A stretch of DNA of 30,953 bases from a virus. Taxonomy: Duplodnaviria; Caudoviricetes. Numbering within the stretch: position 1 is the first letter of the stretch; the number at the start of each line of letters is the position of its first letter. Shown here piece after piece: positions 1 to 9,712 of this stretch. The notes beneath the pieces are model-generated. The model saw nothing but the letters and a program-made list of their open reading frames with translations. It ran no database searches and was not told the origin of the DNA. The DNA lies in the IMG/VR virus record IMGVR_UViG_3300034411_000505, positions 1 to 30,953 of that record; one strand, 5' to 3'. The position numbers were made by a program, and so were the translations under genes.

Positions 1-48
1 AATGGCAACAGTGCCAACTAAGGCGCGTAATATGTTTGTTTTGTTCAT
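1..48 (-). CDS. 5' end of a gene running off the window (MNKTNILRALVGTVAI...), hydrophobic/signal-like N-terminus, possibly lysis-related
   Basis: ATG at 48 follows an A-rich leader after the tailspike stop; only 16 codons are visible. Confidence 0.4.
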   Translation of the reverse strand, partial: MNKTNILRALVGTVAI

Positions 49-73
49 TGTTTTTTTTTGTTTGTTTAGATTT

Positions 74-2038
74 TTAGAACCCTCTGTTTGTGCCGCCGTT
101 TATTGTTCCAGTTCCCGCGTCAGCCAAACCAGAGCCGCTGCCTTTTTTGGTGTTGTGGTCTATCATCGTATCTACCGCGCCCGTTTTAATGTCTAAGTGT
201 TGGTAGTTGGTGTCCTGAAATGTGTTACCAATAATGTTGGCTTGAGACCCATAGACCCTTGCACCTTGGTTTCCGCCTTTGGTGCGGTTATTAGTAACCA
301 TGTTATGGTCACCATATACACGCACACAGGAGCCGGTGGATGTTCCTGCGTCGATGTAATTTGCGCTGATTAGGTTGTCGTCTGCTCCCGCTTGGCTCTG
401 TATGACCGACCCTGAAGATGATGATGTTGTTGTAATATGGTTGTTGGCAACTGTGTTTCTTGACCCTGTGAGCTTGACTGCATACGAGGATGAGCCGCCC
501 GCTTTGGTTATCTTGTTGCTTGTAAACACACCATCATCACCGTCAATTTCCAAAGCCGATGTGCTGCTTGATGTTTGGTTTATAGAGTTGCCTGTGCATA
601 TTACAGACAGCACCGTAGAATTTGATTTTATTTTATTTGCTGCATTCCCTGTGACTACAAAATTGCACAAGTCAAGGTTGAGTGTAGTAATCAAGTTGTC
701 ACTCAGTAACACATTAGCATCACCGCTATGCCCCGCGTAAAATTTAATAGATCCAGATAAAAAACTATTCCCCTCAATTGTTGTCTTTTCGTTTGGCGTT
801 ATTGCCAACGCCCATTTTTGGGTCGCATTGGTGCATTCTTTTATGTAGTTGCCGCGAACTACGGAAGCACCCACTATATCCAGCCCCTTGTCGCAACTGT
901 CGAGGCATTGGTTTCTTACATATGTGTTTTCTCCGTAGTTTGTTGAGCCGTCGCCAAGTTGCCGTATAAATGTGTTCGTGGTGTCTCCGTAAAGCCTATT
1001 ACCTTCAACAACCATGCCATCCATTGTGTTATCGTTCATGGCTGCGGTGGGGTGGTATTGTGTAACTATTGCCGCCTGATCAAGCCCGTTTTCGCCAGTC
1101 ACTGCAACAGGTTTAATTGCGTTGTTTAATATTGTTGTGTAGTTAGCCCAGTTGTTAAGGATAGTATTACCGAAGCACTCGCATTCATTTTCTGAAAAGT
1201 TAAAAAAGAACCCGTCTTGCGTCCCTCCCCCGCTCTTAACGAAGGGCTTAACCATGAAAGCATTTCTTGTTCGCAGGAAGTGGTTGTTCCTTACCGAGAT
1301 GTTCTTGCCGCCCCTTGCTTCCACTCCAGCATCTACACAGTCAAGGATGTAGCACCCCGTAACGGATGAGTCGTTGCACCCCTTAAACTCTATCGCGTCT
1401 TGCTCCCAGTCTCTTATAGTCGCGTCTTTGATGTGGACGTTGTTCGCCCATGCTATCTGTATTGCATCCGTTGTGCCATATGTTGACCAGTCGCCGGCAG
1501 GCCTCACCCCCACATACTCGCCGCCGTTTATCCTTATGTTTTCCGCTGGTGTTGATTCCGTCCCGTATATCTGAAATATACCGCTCTGGCTGTTTTCGGG
1601 TGATGCAACCCAATTGCTCGGATTGCTTCCGCCGAAGTCAAACCTGCAACCGTAGGCATGGATGATTATATTGCTAGGTATTTTTATGTTTTTGCACAGA
1701 TAAACGCTTCCCGGCTTAAAGGCTGCCACAGACCCCGCGTCTAAACCAGCTAGGAAGTCATGGATTTCATCGGAGCTTGACGATGCGCCGGTGGGGTCTC
1801 CCTCGTCGAAATACGTAAGTGATAGATCCACTCCCTGCTTGTCATCCAGCGCCGCCTGTGTCGCCGTTGAAATTGGCTTGTCTGCATCGCTGGTGTTATC
1901 TACTGAGCCTAGACCGATGCTGGCCGCCGTTACGGGCACGTCTTGAGCGTCCCACGATGTCCCGTTAAAGATCCACGTTATCGCGTTCTCGGTGTGAGTG
2001 TCGTTTGTGCTTGGTGATGCTGGAAAGTTTATTGCCAT
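74..2038 (-). CDS. Tailspike / receptor-binding protein with right-handed parallel beta-helix (pectate lyase-like), putative polysaccharide depolymerase
   Basis: 654 aa with repeated N-x-I/V-x-x-N stacks. N-terminal phage fibre motifs MAINFPASPSTND..W.FNGTSW and GLGSVDNTSDADKPISTATQAALDDK. Last gene of the tail module. Confidence 0.8.
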   Translation of the reverse strand: MAINFPASPSTNDTHTENAITWIFNGTSWDAQDVPVTAASIGLGSVDNTSDADKPISTATQAALDDKQGVDLSLTYFDEGDPTGASSSSDEIHDFLAGLDAGSVAAFKPGSVYLCKNIKIPSNIIIHAYGCRFDFGGSNPSNWVASPENSQSGIFQIYGTESTPAENIRINGGEYVGVRPAGDWSTYGTTDAIQIAWANNVHIKDATIRDWEQDAIEFKGCNDSSVTGCYILDCVDAGVEARGGKNISVRNNHFLRTRNAFMVKPFVKSGGGTQDGFFFNFSENECECFGNTILNNWANYTTILNNAIKPVAVTGENGLDQAAIVTQYHPTAAMNDNTMDGMVVEGNRLYGDTTNTFIRQLGDGSTNYGENTYVRNQCLDSCDKGLDIVGASVVRGNYIKECTNATQKWALAITPNEKTTIEGNSFLSGSIKFYAGHSGDANVLLSDNLITTLNLDLCNFVVTGNAANKIKSNSTVLSVICTGNSINQTSSSTSALEIDGDDGVFTSNKITKAGGSSSYAVKLTGSRNTVANNHITTTSSSSGSVIQSQAGADDNLISANYIDAGTSTGSCVRVYGDHNMVTNNRTKGGNQGARVYGSQANIIGNTFQDTNYQHLDIKTGAVDTMIDHNTKKGSGSGLADAGTGTINGGTNRGF

Positions 2039-2046
2039 GGTTAAAA

Positions 2047-3324
2047 TTATGTTGGTATGTCGCTGACGATGTTTGCGGATGTCATGTTGTACATCACAAA
2101 GTCACAGTTCGCAGAGGATCCGCTATCTTGAAGTGTTGGATATGTGTCGCCGTCGCCCATTCTCCACCAGTGCAGAGGCGGGTTGGTTAGCTCTGAAAGG
2201 TCAAAAGGTGTGCCGCTGTTGTAGATGCTGGAGACGTTTGTTGTCTCGTCACTATTCCAGATTGCCACCTCGTCTATCTTCTCCCCTTTTAGGGTGTTGC
2301 CAGATACCAGCTTGCCGAGCCTCAGATTCTGCCCGCTGATGGCGCTTGAATACCCGTAGTTTGAGTGGCTGTTGCTGGTTGTTTGCGATACCGAGTCAAT
2401 GAAGATTTCAAACCTTCCGTAATAGTCGCTTAATGATCCGCTAGCCGCTCCTGTCGTGCCGCCGTCATAAGTAATGATAACGTGTTGCCATGTGTCCACC
2501 GTTAAGGCTGATGGCGTTTGTAGTCTGACGTGGTTGTTGTTGCTTCCGTATTGCAGGCGCAGCTTGTTGGTGCTGGTTATTCTCAGCTCGACAATGCCGC
2601 CGTTCGCGGTGTCATTGCTTCCATAATAGAAAACGACACGCCCGTTGTTTGAGTTGGTGGGCTTGATGAAAAAGGAAATTGTCCAAGCGTCGCTAGATCC
2701 ACCGCCGTTGCCTGTGCGTCCCAGCGTTGAATCAAGAAGCGCCGCATTTGCTCCTGCGTAATCTTGATTATCAAACTGAATGCTTTTAGTGTTCGAGAAA
2801 GGAGGTGTTGAAACGGTTAGAACGATGGTCTCGCTATCCTCCCCGTTGTAGTTGATCGCCTTCACTGGGATGTTGTATGTCCCTACAGCAAGGCTTGAAC
2901 CACCAATGATCTTGCGCTGATTCTCCTGCACGGTATTTACTCCGCTCACGTTTGAAAGATCCCACTCGTATGACACGCCGTGCGTGGCGGTCAGTTCATA
3001 GTTTATGCTCTCGCCCTCAACCAGTGCAATTGTCAGCGGGCTTGTAATGGTGGGTAAAGACGCGGTGGGTGTTCCAGAGTTTTGGAATAGTGCGTTCAGA
3101 GCGTCGCAAACCTCTGTCGACGTGTTGCCGTATACTGCATCATTCTCGTCAACGAAGTCGCCATAAGGTGTGTCAGATACCAATTCAATATTCTTGGCTA
3201 GATCAGTAATACTACAAGCCCCGTTATCAACACTAGCTTGTAAGCTGTTTAGGAATTGCACCCCGTTTGCATCCTCGATGAAGATGGCATGAGCGCCGCT
3301 GTGTCTGTAAATTTTAACTGCCAT
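2047..3324 (-). CDS. Virion protein with Ig-like segment and C-terminal LamG / concanavalin A-like lectin domain
   Basis: Motifs WTISFFIKP, WQHVIITYDG, GEKIDEVAIWNS and PLHWWRMGDGD are typical of Laminin_G_3 domains in phage tail proteins. Confidence 0.8.
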   Translation of the reverse strand: MAVKIYRHSGAHAIFIEDANGVQFLNSLQASVDNGACSITDLAKNIELVSDTPYGDFVDENDAVYGNTSTEVCDALNALFQNSGTPTASLPTITSPLTIALVEGESINYELTATHGVSYEWDLSNVSGVNTVQENQRKIIGGSSLAVGTYNIPVKAINYNGEDSETIVLTVSTPPFSNTKSIQFDNQDYAGANAALLDSTLGRTGNGGGSSDAWTISFFIKPTNSNNGRVVFYYGSNDTANGGIVELRITSTNKLRLQYGSNNNHVRLQTPSALTVDTWQHVIITYDGGTTGAASGSLSDYYGRFEIFIDSVSQTTSNSHSNYGYSSAISGQNLRLGKLVSGNTLKGEKIDEVAIWNSDETTNVSSIYNSGTPFDLSELTNPPLHWWRMGDGDTYPTLQDSGSSANCDFVMYNMTSANIVSDIPT

Positions 3325-3326
3325 TA

Positions 3327-4613
3327 TTAAAAGAGTTGAATAGATGCATACACTCCTGCGTTCTGGATTGTGCCAGGAGTTGACAGGCGAGCTTGTAGCT
3401 TGCCCGCGTTGTTCTTCGTGTTGGTGTCGCCCATGTAGATTGGAAAGGTTGTGACCCGCTGGTATGCGACGCCCGAGCCGCTGTCTAGTCTTTCAGATAG
3501 GAAGTTGAGAGCATATTCACCCGCGCCCGTTCCTAATACATACCTCAATTCAAACAGAGCGTTGTTTGTGTTCGGTGTAACCGTTATGTCATTACGCAGA
3601 CTTATCTCACTACCTAAAGGCAAATCAGAGAAATCAAGATACCCTGTTGAATCATCAAGCACGTCTGTTACTGCGGCGGGTTTGTAAGCCTTGTTTGTAA
3701 ATGATCCTGCGCCGTCGTTTGGAACGTCCGTCCATGTGTCGGCAGAGATTGAAAAAGAACCCGTGGAATCATTGTAATCCATCCAGCCCGTTTTTGAACT
3801 AGGCGTTGAGACTCCAGAATTGACGCTCACCCACTGGCTAGAGTCTCCGTCGTTGTAATATGTGTAAAGCTTGGCTTGTGTGCTGTCTAGCCATAGGTCG
3901 CCTGCGTCTGGTGATGACGGCGCTGTGTCTGATACGGTTAAAGCGTCCTGCTTGCCATTGATCGCTGTTTGGTTCGATGTTATCGCTGCGCGTTCTGCCG
4001 CAGTCAATATCTTGGCGTCTGCACCTTCGGCCATATTATCCATGTCGAAAGCATCACCCTCTACGCCTGCGGGGTCGTAAGTTGCCGCGAGCATGTCGCC
4101 TACGCTACCGCCAGCCTGCAAATATCTTGCATCTGCCTGTTCTAGCGTTATAGACGTGCCCGGGTTTGATGGCGGGTTGCCTGCTGTGTTGTTCCGGTCG
4201 TTGTAAAGATTAAAGCACCCAGCCGCCAGGGTTCTTTCAGCGCCGTCGTTCATTATTGCCGTAAATACCATCCAGTATTCAACAAGGTCCGAACCCATAG
4301 CAACATTAGTTTCTGAGTTGGTAAAGCTGAAAGTTACATGCTGTTTGCTCTCGTCCTGCCAGCTTGAGCTGTCTAGTGTGTTGTCTATGTCCGCGCTTAC
4401 AACGGTCTTAGTCATGGCAATACCCGATTGTGTCTGATTCCGAACAATACAGGTAATGCTGGAAACATCGGACAAATCTTGCACCGTCGCCCCGTCAAAG
4501 ACCCCCAGCTCTAAATCGAATGCGTTCCCGCGCCATGATTCAAGCGTGAATGATGTCGGGAGTTGTGCCGATACGTCAGCCGCTAGTCGCGCCGTTCTTG
4601 TTGATAAACTCAT
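3327..4613 (-). CDS. Tail fibre / baseplate-associated protein
   Basis: 428 aa. BppU-like beta-rich N-terminus, fibre motif SDTAPSSPDAGDLWLDS..LYTYYNDGDSSQWV, tail-module position. Confidence 0.65.
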   Translation of the reverse strand: MSLSTRTARLAADVSAQLPTSFTLESWRGNAFDLELGVFDGATVQDLSDVSSITCIVRNQTQSGIAMTKTVVSADIDNTLDSSSWQDESKQHVTFSFTNSETNVAMGSDLVEYWMVFTAIMNDGAERTLAAGCFNLYNDRNNTAGNPPSNPGTSITLEQADARYLQAGGSVGDMLAATYDPAGVEGDAFDMDNMAEGADAKILTAAERAAITSNQTAINGKQDALTVSDTAPSSPDAGDLWLDSTQAKLYTYYNDGDSSQWVSVNSGVSTPSSKTGWMDYNDSTGSFSISADTWTDVPNDGAGSFTNKAYKPAAVTDVLDDSTGYLDFSDLPLGSEISLRNDITVTPNTNNALFELRYVLGTGAGEYALNFLSERLDSGSGVAYQRVTTFPIYMGDTNTKNNAGKLQARLSTPGTIQNAGVYASIQLF

Positions 4614-4616
4614 TTT

Positions 4617-5672
4617 TTAGATGATGTCCTGTTTACAGGTGATGTTACCTTGGAATACAGTGTCTGACTTCGTGCCTGCAGTGGTGTATCTCACAACCTC
4701 AAGCGTTGCATCTTTGCTTTTCTGCCCGTCGAGGAAATAAAGAAGATCGTCTGTATCAAAATCAATTTCGCCTTTTTTGCCTGTTGGTGACGTGAGGTTG
4801 GTCAAGTCTGCTGTGATTGCCCCAACGTCACCTAGTGACTTGTCAAACTCAACTGTATAATCCAGTCCTGATCCTGTGACCGTTACGTTGTCAGCACCTA
4901 TGGATGTAAGGCTCTCAAGAGCAGTCTTGATGCTGTCGCTTGAGCTGTCCACCTCTAGGTTACTGGACTCCTCAGAAGCCACTGTAAGCGTGTATGTGCC
5001 TGCGTATGGGTCTCCGTCAATCGTCACCCGCTGAATCTCTGATGTGGTATCAGTAACGCCTGTTCTGACTTCCGTTATGGTTGCCGCCGGTGCGTCAAGG
5101 TCGGTGGTAAGCTCCACATATGCCGCGGCTTCCTGCTCGAAAGTAACTGACTGCACCTCTGCCGATACGCTGGTAACACCGTCATTTAATATGATGACAT
5201 TGGCTGCCGATGATGGCGTAAGCAAGGATGTATCAACAACCATTTCTGCGTCGTTACCCTCGTATGGATACGTTATAGTGTATCCGCCCCCGATCTCCTC
5301 AACTTCAAACTCGCCTGTAGAGATTGTGGGATCTGTCGGCATGGTTAGCGCGTCCAGCGCCGTTTTTAGATCCTCGGCAGACGCTCCGTATGGTATAGCC
5401 GCCGTGGTTTCGCTGTTGATGGTGAGGGTGAACGTGCCTCCGATTGGCTCTGCACCAGGACTGCCGACGCCAACTCGGATTGTCTGACCTGTAAGGTCTA
5501 AATTTTTCCAAGGCTGATCCGCGTTGTTGTTATTTTGCTCAACCAAACGGACAGAGACGGGTTGCGTGTCGCCAAGAATAACGGGCGGCGCCCCTTCTGA
5601 TCTCGTGGATAAGAAGCTGCTGACGAGCCTGTTGTTCCCGACGTCTACGATTAAATCATTAAAGTTACCCAT
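4617..5672 (-). CDS. Tail structural protein with two internal repeats
   Basis: Repeats GGTFTLTINSETTAAIPYGASAEDLKTALDAL and AGTYTLTVASEESSNLEVDSSSDSIKTALESL; acidic and Thr-rich; tail module. Confidence 0.6.
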   Translation of the reverse strand: MGNFNDLIVDVGNNRLVSSFLSTRSEGAPPVILGDTQPVSVRLVEQNNNNADQPWKNLDLTGQTIRVGVGSPGAEPIGGTFTLTINSETTAAIPYGASAEDLKTALDALTMPTDPTISTGEFEVEEIGGGYTITYPYEGNDAEMVVDTSLLTPSSAANVIILNDGVTSVSAEVQSVTFEQEAAAYVELTTDLDAPAATITEVRTGVTDTTSEIQRVTIDGDPYAGTYTLTVASEESSNLEVDSSSDSIKTALESLTSIGADNVTVTGSGLDYTVEFDKSLGDVGAITADLTNLTSPTGKKGEIDFDTDDLLYFLDGQKSKDATLEVVRYTTAGTKSDTVFQGNITCKQDII

Positions 5673-5678
5673 CTCGTC

Positions 5679-5695
5679 ATTGTGGCGAATTCAAC
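5679..5695 (-). promoter_or_regulatory. GTTGAATTC-N4-CAAT motif copy (putative late promoter/activator site)
   Basis: Intergenic, just upstream of ATG 5672; same motif at 10739, 14023 and 16411. Confidence 0.5.
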
Positions 5696-5698
5696 CAA

Positions 5699-6910
5699 TT
5701 AATGATATACCCACGGCGCCCCGTGGTAGCATTGTGATCGTTTTAACAGAACATCTATCTCGCCTTGTTCGTCTGGCGCCAACGTTTCCAGCCATTCAGA
5801 TTTCCAAGATTCGTGCCTGTCATATTTTTCTTGGTCTGTAAGTGAGTCAAATAAGTCGTAGTTAATAACATCCCCTGGGCCGCTCCACTCTAAAGCCTCG
5901 TTACTCTCCTCTGGTTGGGGTGACCCCGTGTCGAGTGGGTCGTGGTCTTCTGGCGTATATGTCTCTAAAATATCCGCCTTGTGCCATGTCCCGTGCCATC
6001 TTTGGTCGTATGATTCGAGTATTGCGTCGCCGTCCTCCCAGTTATCTGGAAGTGGCGGTGGGTCAAATCCGTGTGGCACAACAAGCCTGTTCCTAACATG
6101 CTTTAACTCAAGGGTATCAACCGCCACTGTGTCAACAGGTGGGGCTTGTGTGTAGTCCTGTATGTATTCAGTATCATACAAAGCAACGCCACCGCTGGTG
6201 TTATCAGTCCAATCACCGTTATCTAGACAATCCTCCAGTAAGCCCTTCAGGTCTGCCTCCGTCCACTCACCTGAGAGCGTGGACGACTCAAAGGACGTGC
6301 CTTGCGGGTAGGTGTTTAGTTCCGTTCTCAGTTTGTGCCCATAGGTAAACAAGAAAGACGTTTTATTTATGCCTATGAGAAAGAAGCCCCTGCCAACAGC
6401 CCCAAAGCCGTCGTAATCAGTTGTCACGGTCGTGTTTCCGTTTTGCGTCACGGTCTTTGTCTCTAGCCATTCGTGTTCATGCCCAGGCACGCTCGACGCG
6501 GTCCAAACTCTGCTCTCGTTGTATATCTCAACAGGTGGGACGGAGTGATCAACGGTAACTTTAGTGTATGTTGATGACCCCCCAGATTTAAGCGACTGCA
6601 CAAATTCACATTCTACATCGTCCCACTCGTATTCGGTTGTAAGGTAAAAGGTGCCCGCCTCCGTTTGTGTGGTTCTTCCTGATACTTCATTCCCCGTAAC
6701 GGTTCTTGAATCTACTCTTTTCCTGTATTTATAGCTTGCTTCTGGCTGTATGTCTGCGAGTGCGACGAAGTTGGGGTTTAGGTCGTCTCTGTTTTCGTAT
6801 CGAGTAAACGCAATGTGACCTTCCGGTGTTATTGTTCCGCTCTTTTCCTGCGCTTCCAAACTTGGAACAGGACACGACGGGTAGCAGCAGCCTCATGTAT
6901 ATCCCCCCAT
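5699..6910 (-). CDS. Tail protein; probable true start ATG 6910 with an in-frame TGA at 6893-6895 (MGGYT*GCCYPSCPVPSLEAQE...); the ORF track starts it at TTG 6859
   Basis: ATG 6910 lies 1 nt after the upstream stop (6912-6914) and is in frame with the 386 aa ORF; Cys-rich N-terminus. Confidence 0.6.
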
Positions 6911-6911
6911 A

Positions 6912-7502
6912 TTAGCCCCTTTCTATTGAAAAAACCCTTGGACAAAATCCGATTGTAAACGACCCGCACCCTTCCCTAATCCATGCCAAGTCATCATTCC
7001 ACGCCCCTATTGGCGCATATAGAGTCCCTGTTAAGCTGTCAACGTGCGGCACTACGTTGTCGGGAATTGTCGAGCCTGTAGAAATGGTGTGTGTTCCTAG
7101 CTCTCCTCCAGCCTCCAGCACGTTGTCGCTGTTGATTGTTGCCGTCCACGGGCATTCAATCCAAACCTTGTGCCCCGCTGTCGGTGTCATCGGAGACGGT
7201 TCTAGCAGCACAGATTTATTTGGAGCATGTAACCATCCCGGGCTTATAATCACCTTGGTTTCGTCGTCTGGGTCGGTGGTGTATTCACCTAGTATGCATA
7301 CCCCAGAAGACCGAGACCTCACCCTTGGAGCTTCCAGAAACACCCCGTTGTGTAGCTGTTTACTGCCCGCCGTCATGCTTTGACGTGGCGTCCTTGCCCC
7401 GACTTGGTGCGATAGTTTAGACAGTGCAGACTCAACACCTCTGGATGCGTCGATCTTTGACCGCCCTAGAGGAAGATTGCCGTTCTTGGATTTGCTCGCC
7501 AT
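6912..7502 (-). CDS. Tail (tip/baseplate region) protein
   Basis: 196 aa, tightly packed, two genes downstream of the tape measure; no specific motif recognised. Confidence 0.55.
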   Translation of the reverse strand: MASKSKNGNLPLGRSKIDASRGVESALSKLSHQVGARTPRQSMTAGSKQLHNGVFLEAPRVRSRSSGVCILGEYTTDPDDETKVIISPGWLHAPNKSVLLEPSPMTPTAGHKVWIECPWTATINSDNVLEAGGELGTHTISTGSTIPDNVVPHVDSLTGTLYAPIGAWNDDLAWIREGCGSFTIGFCPRVFSIERG

Positions 7503-7506
7503 GGTG

Positions 7507-8196
7507 CTAGTCTGGATATATTACTTGGTTTATTCCGTTTGGACCAGAGCCAATGTATTGTTCAGTTACTTGGTAGAAACTGCCTACTTGCCTGTATGGA
7601 GTATCAACAAGCAGAAAATCCTTCATGTCGTCTGGCTTCTTGAAGCCTTCAACGCTACCGTGCACAGACATTCTATTCTTAAGGGTTGGGACTTTATCAG
7701 TCCAGTATGAGAGCGTTATCAGCGACGACGGGGTAAGGTAGTATTGTGTGCCCCTGAAATTAGGTTGACCTGCGCTTGCCGAATCAAAGAAACCGATAAA
7801 TTCCTCACTTTCAGCATCAAATTTTGCCCCGTTTAGAGGTGCCGATGGTGTCCCCGCGAAGCTCTCGAAGTCTGGGTGCGTGTCAATTGGGTCGTTATTT
7901 TGTCCGCCGCTATATGAAATTTCTGGCTCTGTCTCGCTCGCAACAAGCCCGAAGAATGAGCCGGTCATTTCTACTATGCCGTTACTCTGGTGGACCGTGC
8001 TTGATTGATACATCTCCAGCCTGACATCGTCTGGATGTGTGGCGCCAATTTCAGGCAGTGCATACTTCTTGCTCTTATCGCATCGCATGACAACTGAACC
8101 CTCTAGTGTCCCATCATTCTTTTCTGTAATGCTCCTGTCTGGCTGTATAGCGTAATCTCCTACAGACTCGAATCCGCCCTTGGTAATTAATGACAT
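7507..8196 (-). CDS. Putative distal tail / hub protein
   Basis: 229 aa directly after the tape measure; call rests on synteny. Confidence 0.55.
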   Translation of the reverse strand: MSLITKGGFESVGDYAIQPDRSITEKNDGTLEGSVVMRCDKSKKYALPEIGATHPDDVRLEMYQSSTVHQSNGIVEMTGSFFGLVASETEPEISYSGGQNNDPIDTHPDFESFAGTPSAPLNGAKFDAESEEFIGFFDSASAGQPNFRGTQYYLTPSSLITLSYWTDKVPTLKNRMSVHGSVEGFKKPDDMKDFLLVDTPYRQVGSFYQVTEQYIGSGPNGINQVIYPD

Positions 8197-8200
8197 TGTT

Positions 8201-9712
8201 TTATAGTTCTGGTGTTGATTTAACTCCGCCCGCAGGCTGTAAGCTCGTCTTAATATCCTCTAATAGTTGGCTTTGCTTCTTAGCCTCGCTCAGTGCAGGG
8301 TCGGCGGTGAACGCTGAGACGTTGCCGCCTAGTCCAGACGCCGCCAAAGATGAAACGCTCATTGATGTTTCCCGCAGATTCTTGATTCTTAGTTGTTCCT
8401 TTTCTTTTTCCTCCTGTTTACTCGCAGCCTCCTCTTTGCGCCTCCTCGCGTCCTCCTCCGCTTCTGCGTTGACCTTCTCTTGGTAGTCTTTGGACTTCTT
8501 CAGTGCCGCGTCTTTCTCTGCTTTTTCCTGTTCGTCTAGCTGTCTTTTGAGTGCTGAGAATTTTGTATATGCTTTTTCTGCATCAAGTATTGACTGCGCT
8601 TCTGCAGTTTTCTCCTCCTCTGTTGCATCCGGTCCTGCTCCGCTCTCGAAAGCCTTTTCCTGCAGCTTCTGCCACTCCTCTCTCGCCTTCGCTGTTTTCT
8701 CTTGTAGTGTTCTGGTCGCGTCTGCCTGTCTCTCGATTTCGTCAGCAATTTCCCTTTCTATTTTGAGCCGCTTTTCCTGCTGGGTTGTGCCTGGATCTTT
8801 ACCAGGATCCTCTCCGGGGATGTCGCCACCGCCGCCTCCACCGCTTGGTTCATCATTAATGAAGTCGTCCTTTGCTTTTTTAATTCTATCCATTGCGCCG
8901 TTAACATCCCTTCCTAGCTGCCTGGCGTGCCTCGCGGCGCTTTTGAAGTTGCCTGTAACAACGTCGCCTAGTATCTTGCCCGTTCCGCTGAAATAGTTTG
9001 TGATTTCAAGCGCGGCCTGCGTCCCGACTGTCACAAGTAACTGAAAACCCCTTACAAAGTGAGCGACAAACACACCAACTACACCTGTTATTTGTGTCTT
9101 GTATCTATTTAATGCGTCATTGGCTGCCGCAAATGATGCCACTTGATCGTTGGTGAGAGTTGTAATGTCCTCGCTCAACTTCTTCATTTCCTCGCTTCCG
9201 AGCTTCAGTAATGGCACAAGTTCTAGTGCGCTACGTCCTAAAATTTGCTGTGCAGCCGCAAGCGCTTGGTTTTTGTTTGTGGCGCTTCTGTATGCGTCCG
9301 CAATTGCATACATTTGTTCTTCCTGGTTGAGGTTCTTAAACTCCTCAACGTTTATATTTAGCGCATCAAAAGCCCTTGTGTATGTCTTGAGACCGTTTGC
9401 CGCTTCCTGTGCTGACCTGTTGCCCTGCGCCATAGCCTTCGCCATGGTTTCCATGCTGGCGCCGTTTTGCTCTGCCGCGAATCCTAGGCGCTGGATTGAC
9501 TCAGCACTAGCACCAAATCTGATCGAAAGCTTGTGTATCCTGTCAAACTTATCTGCAATCCTTTTGAGACCAGCCACCACAGCGGTTAGAGCAAACGCGC
9601 CGCCCAGCATACCCTTGACGCCGCTTGCAAATCGCTTGGTCTCTTGTCGCATGTTCTCCAGCCCGCGCTTGTAGCCGCTGCCGTCTGCCTTGAATTGGAA
9701 AGATAAAGCCAT
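8201..9712 (-). CDS. Tail tape measure protein
   Basis: N-terminus FKADGSGYKRGL, Ala-rich helical body, hydrophobic segments, motif SAESIQRLGFAAEQNGAS, coiled-coil C-terminus; follows tube and chaperone genes. Confidence 0.85.
   Translation of the reverse strand: MALSFQFKADGSGYKRGLENMRQETKRFASGVKGMLGGAFALTAVVAGLKRIADKFDRIHKLSIRFGASAESIQRLGFAAEQNGASMETMAKAMAQGNRSAQEAANGLKTYTRAFDALNINVEEFKNLNQEEQMYAIADAYRSATNKNQALAAAQQILGRSALELVPLLKLGSEEMKKLSEDITTLTNDQVASFAAANDALNRYKTQITGVVGVFVAHFVRGFQLLVTVGTQAALEITNYFSGTGKILGDVVTGNFKSAARHARQLGRDVNGAMDRIKKAKDDFINDEPSGGGGGGDIPGEDPGKDPGTTQQEKRLKIEREIADEIERQADATRTLQEKTAKAREEWQKLQEKAFESGAGPDATEEEKTAEAQSILDAEKAYTKFSALKRQLDEQEKAEKDAALKKSKDYQEKVNAEAEEDARRRKEEAASKQEEKEKEQLRIKNLRETSMSVSSLAASGLGGNVSAFTADPALSEAKKQSQLLEDIKTSLQPAGGVKSTPEL

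Noticed and set aside
74-5672. Diversity-generating retroelement acting on tail fibres
   Set aside because: No reverse transcriptase and no template/variable repeat pair seen.
6777-6896. Alternative short ORF MRLLLPVVSCSKF... starting at ATG 6896
   Set aside because: About 40 codons, out of frame with and overlapping the 386 aa tail gene; no slippery site seen that would join the frames.
5699-6910. Genome-wide TGA recoding
   Set aside because: Many genes end in TGA with clean ATGA overlaps (11224, 19459, 24489, 25247, 25798, 28009, 29086), so the standard code applies.
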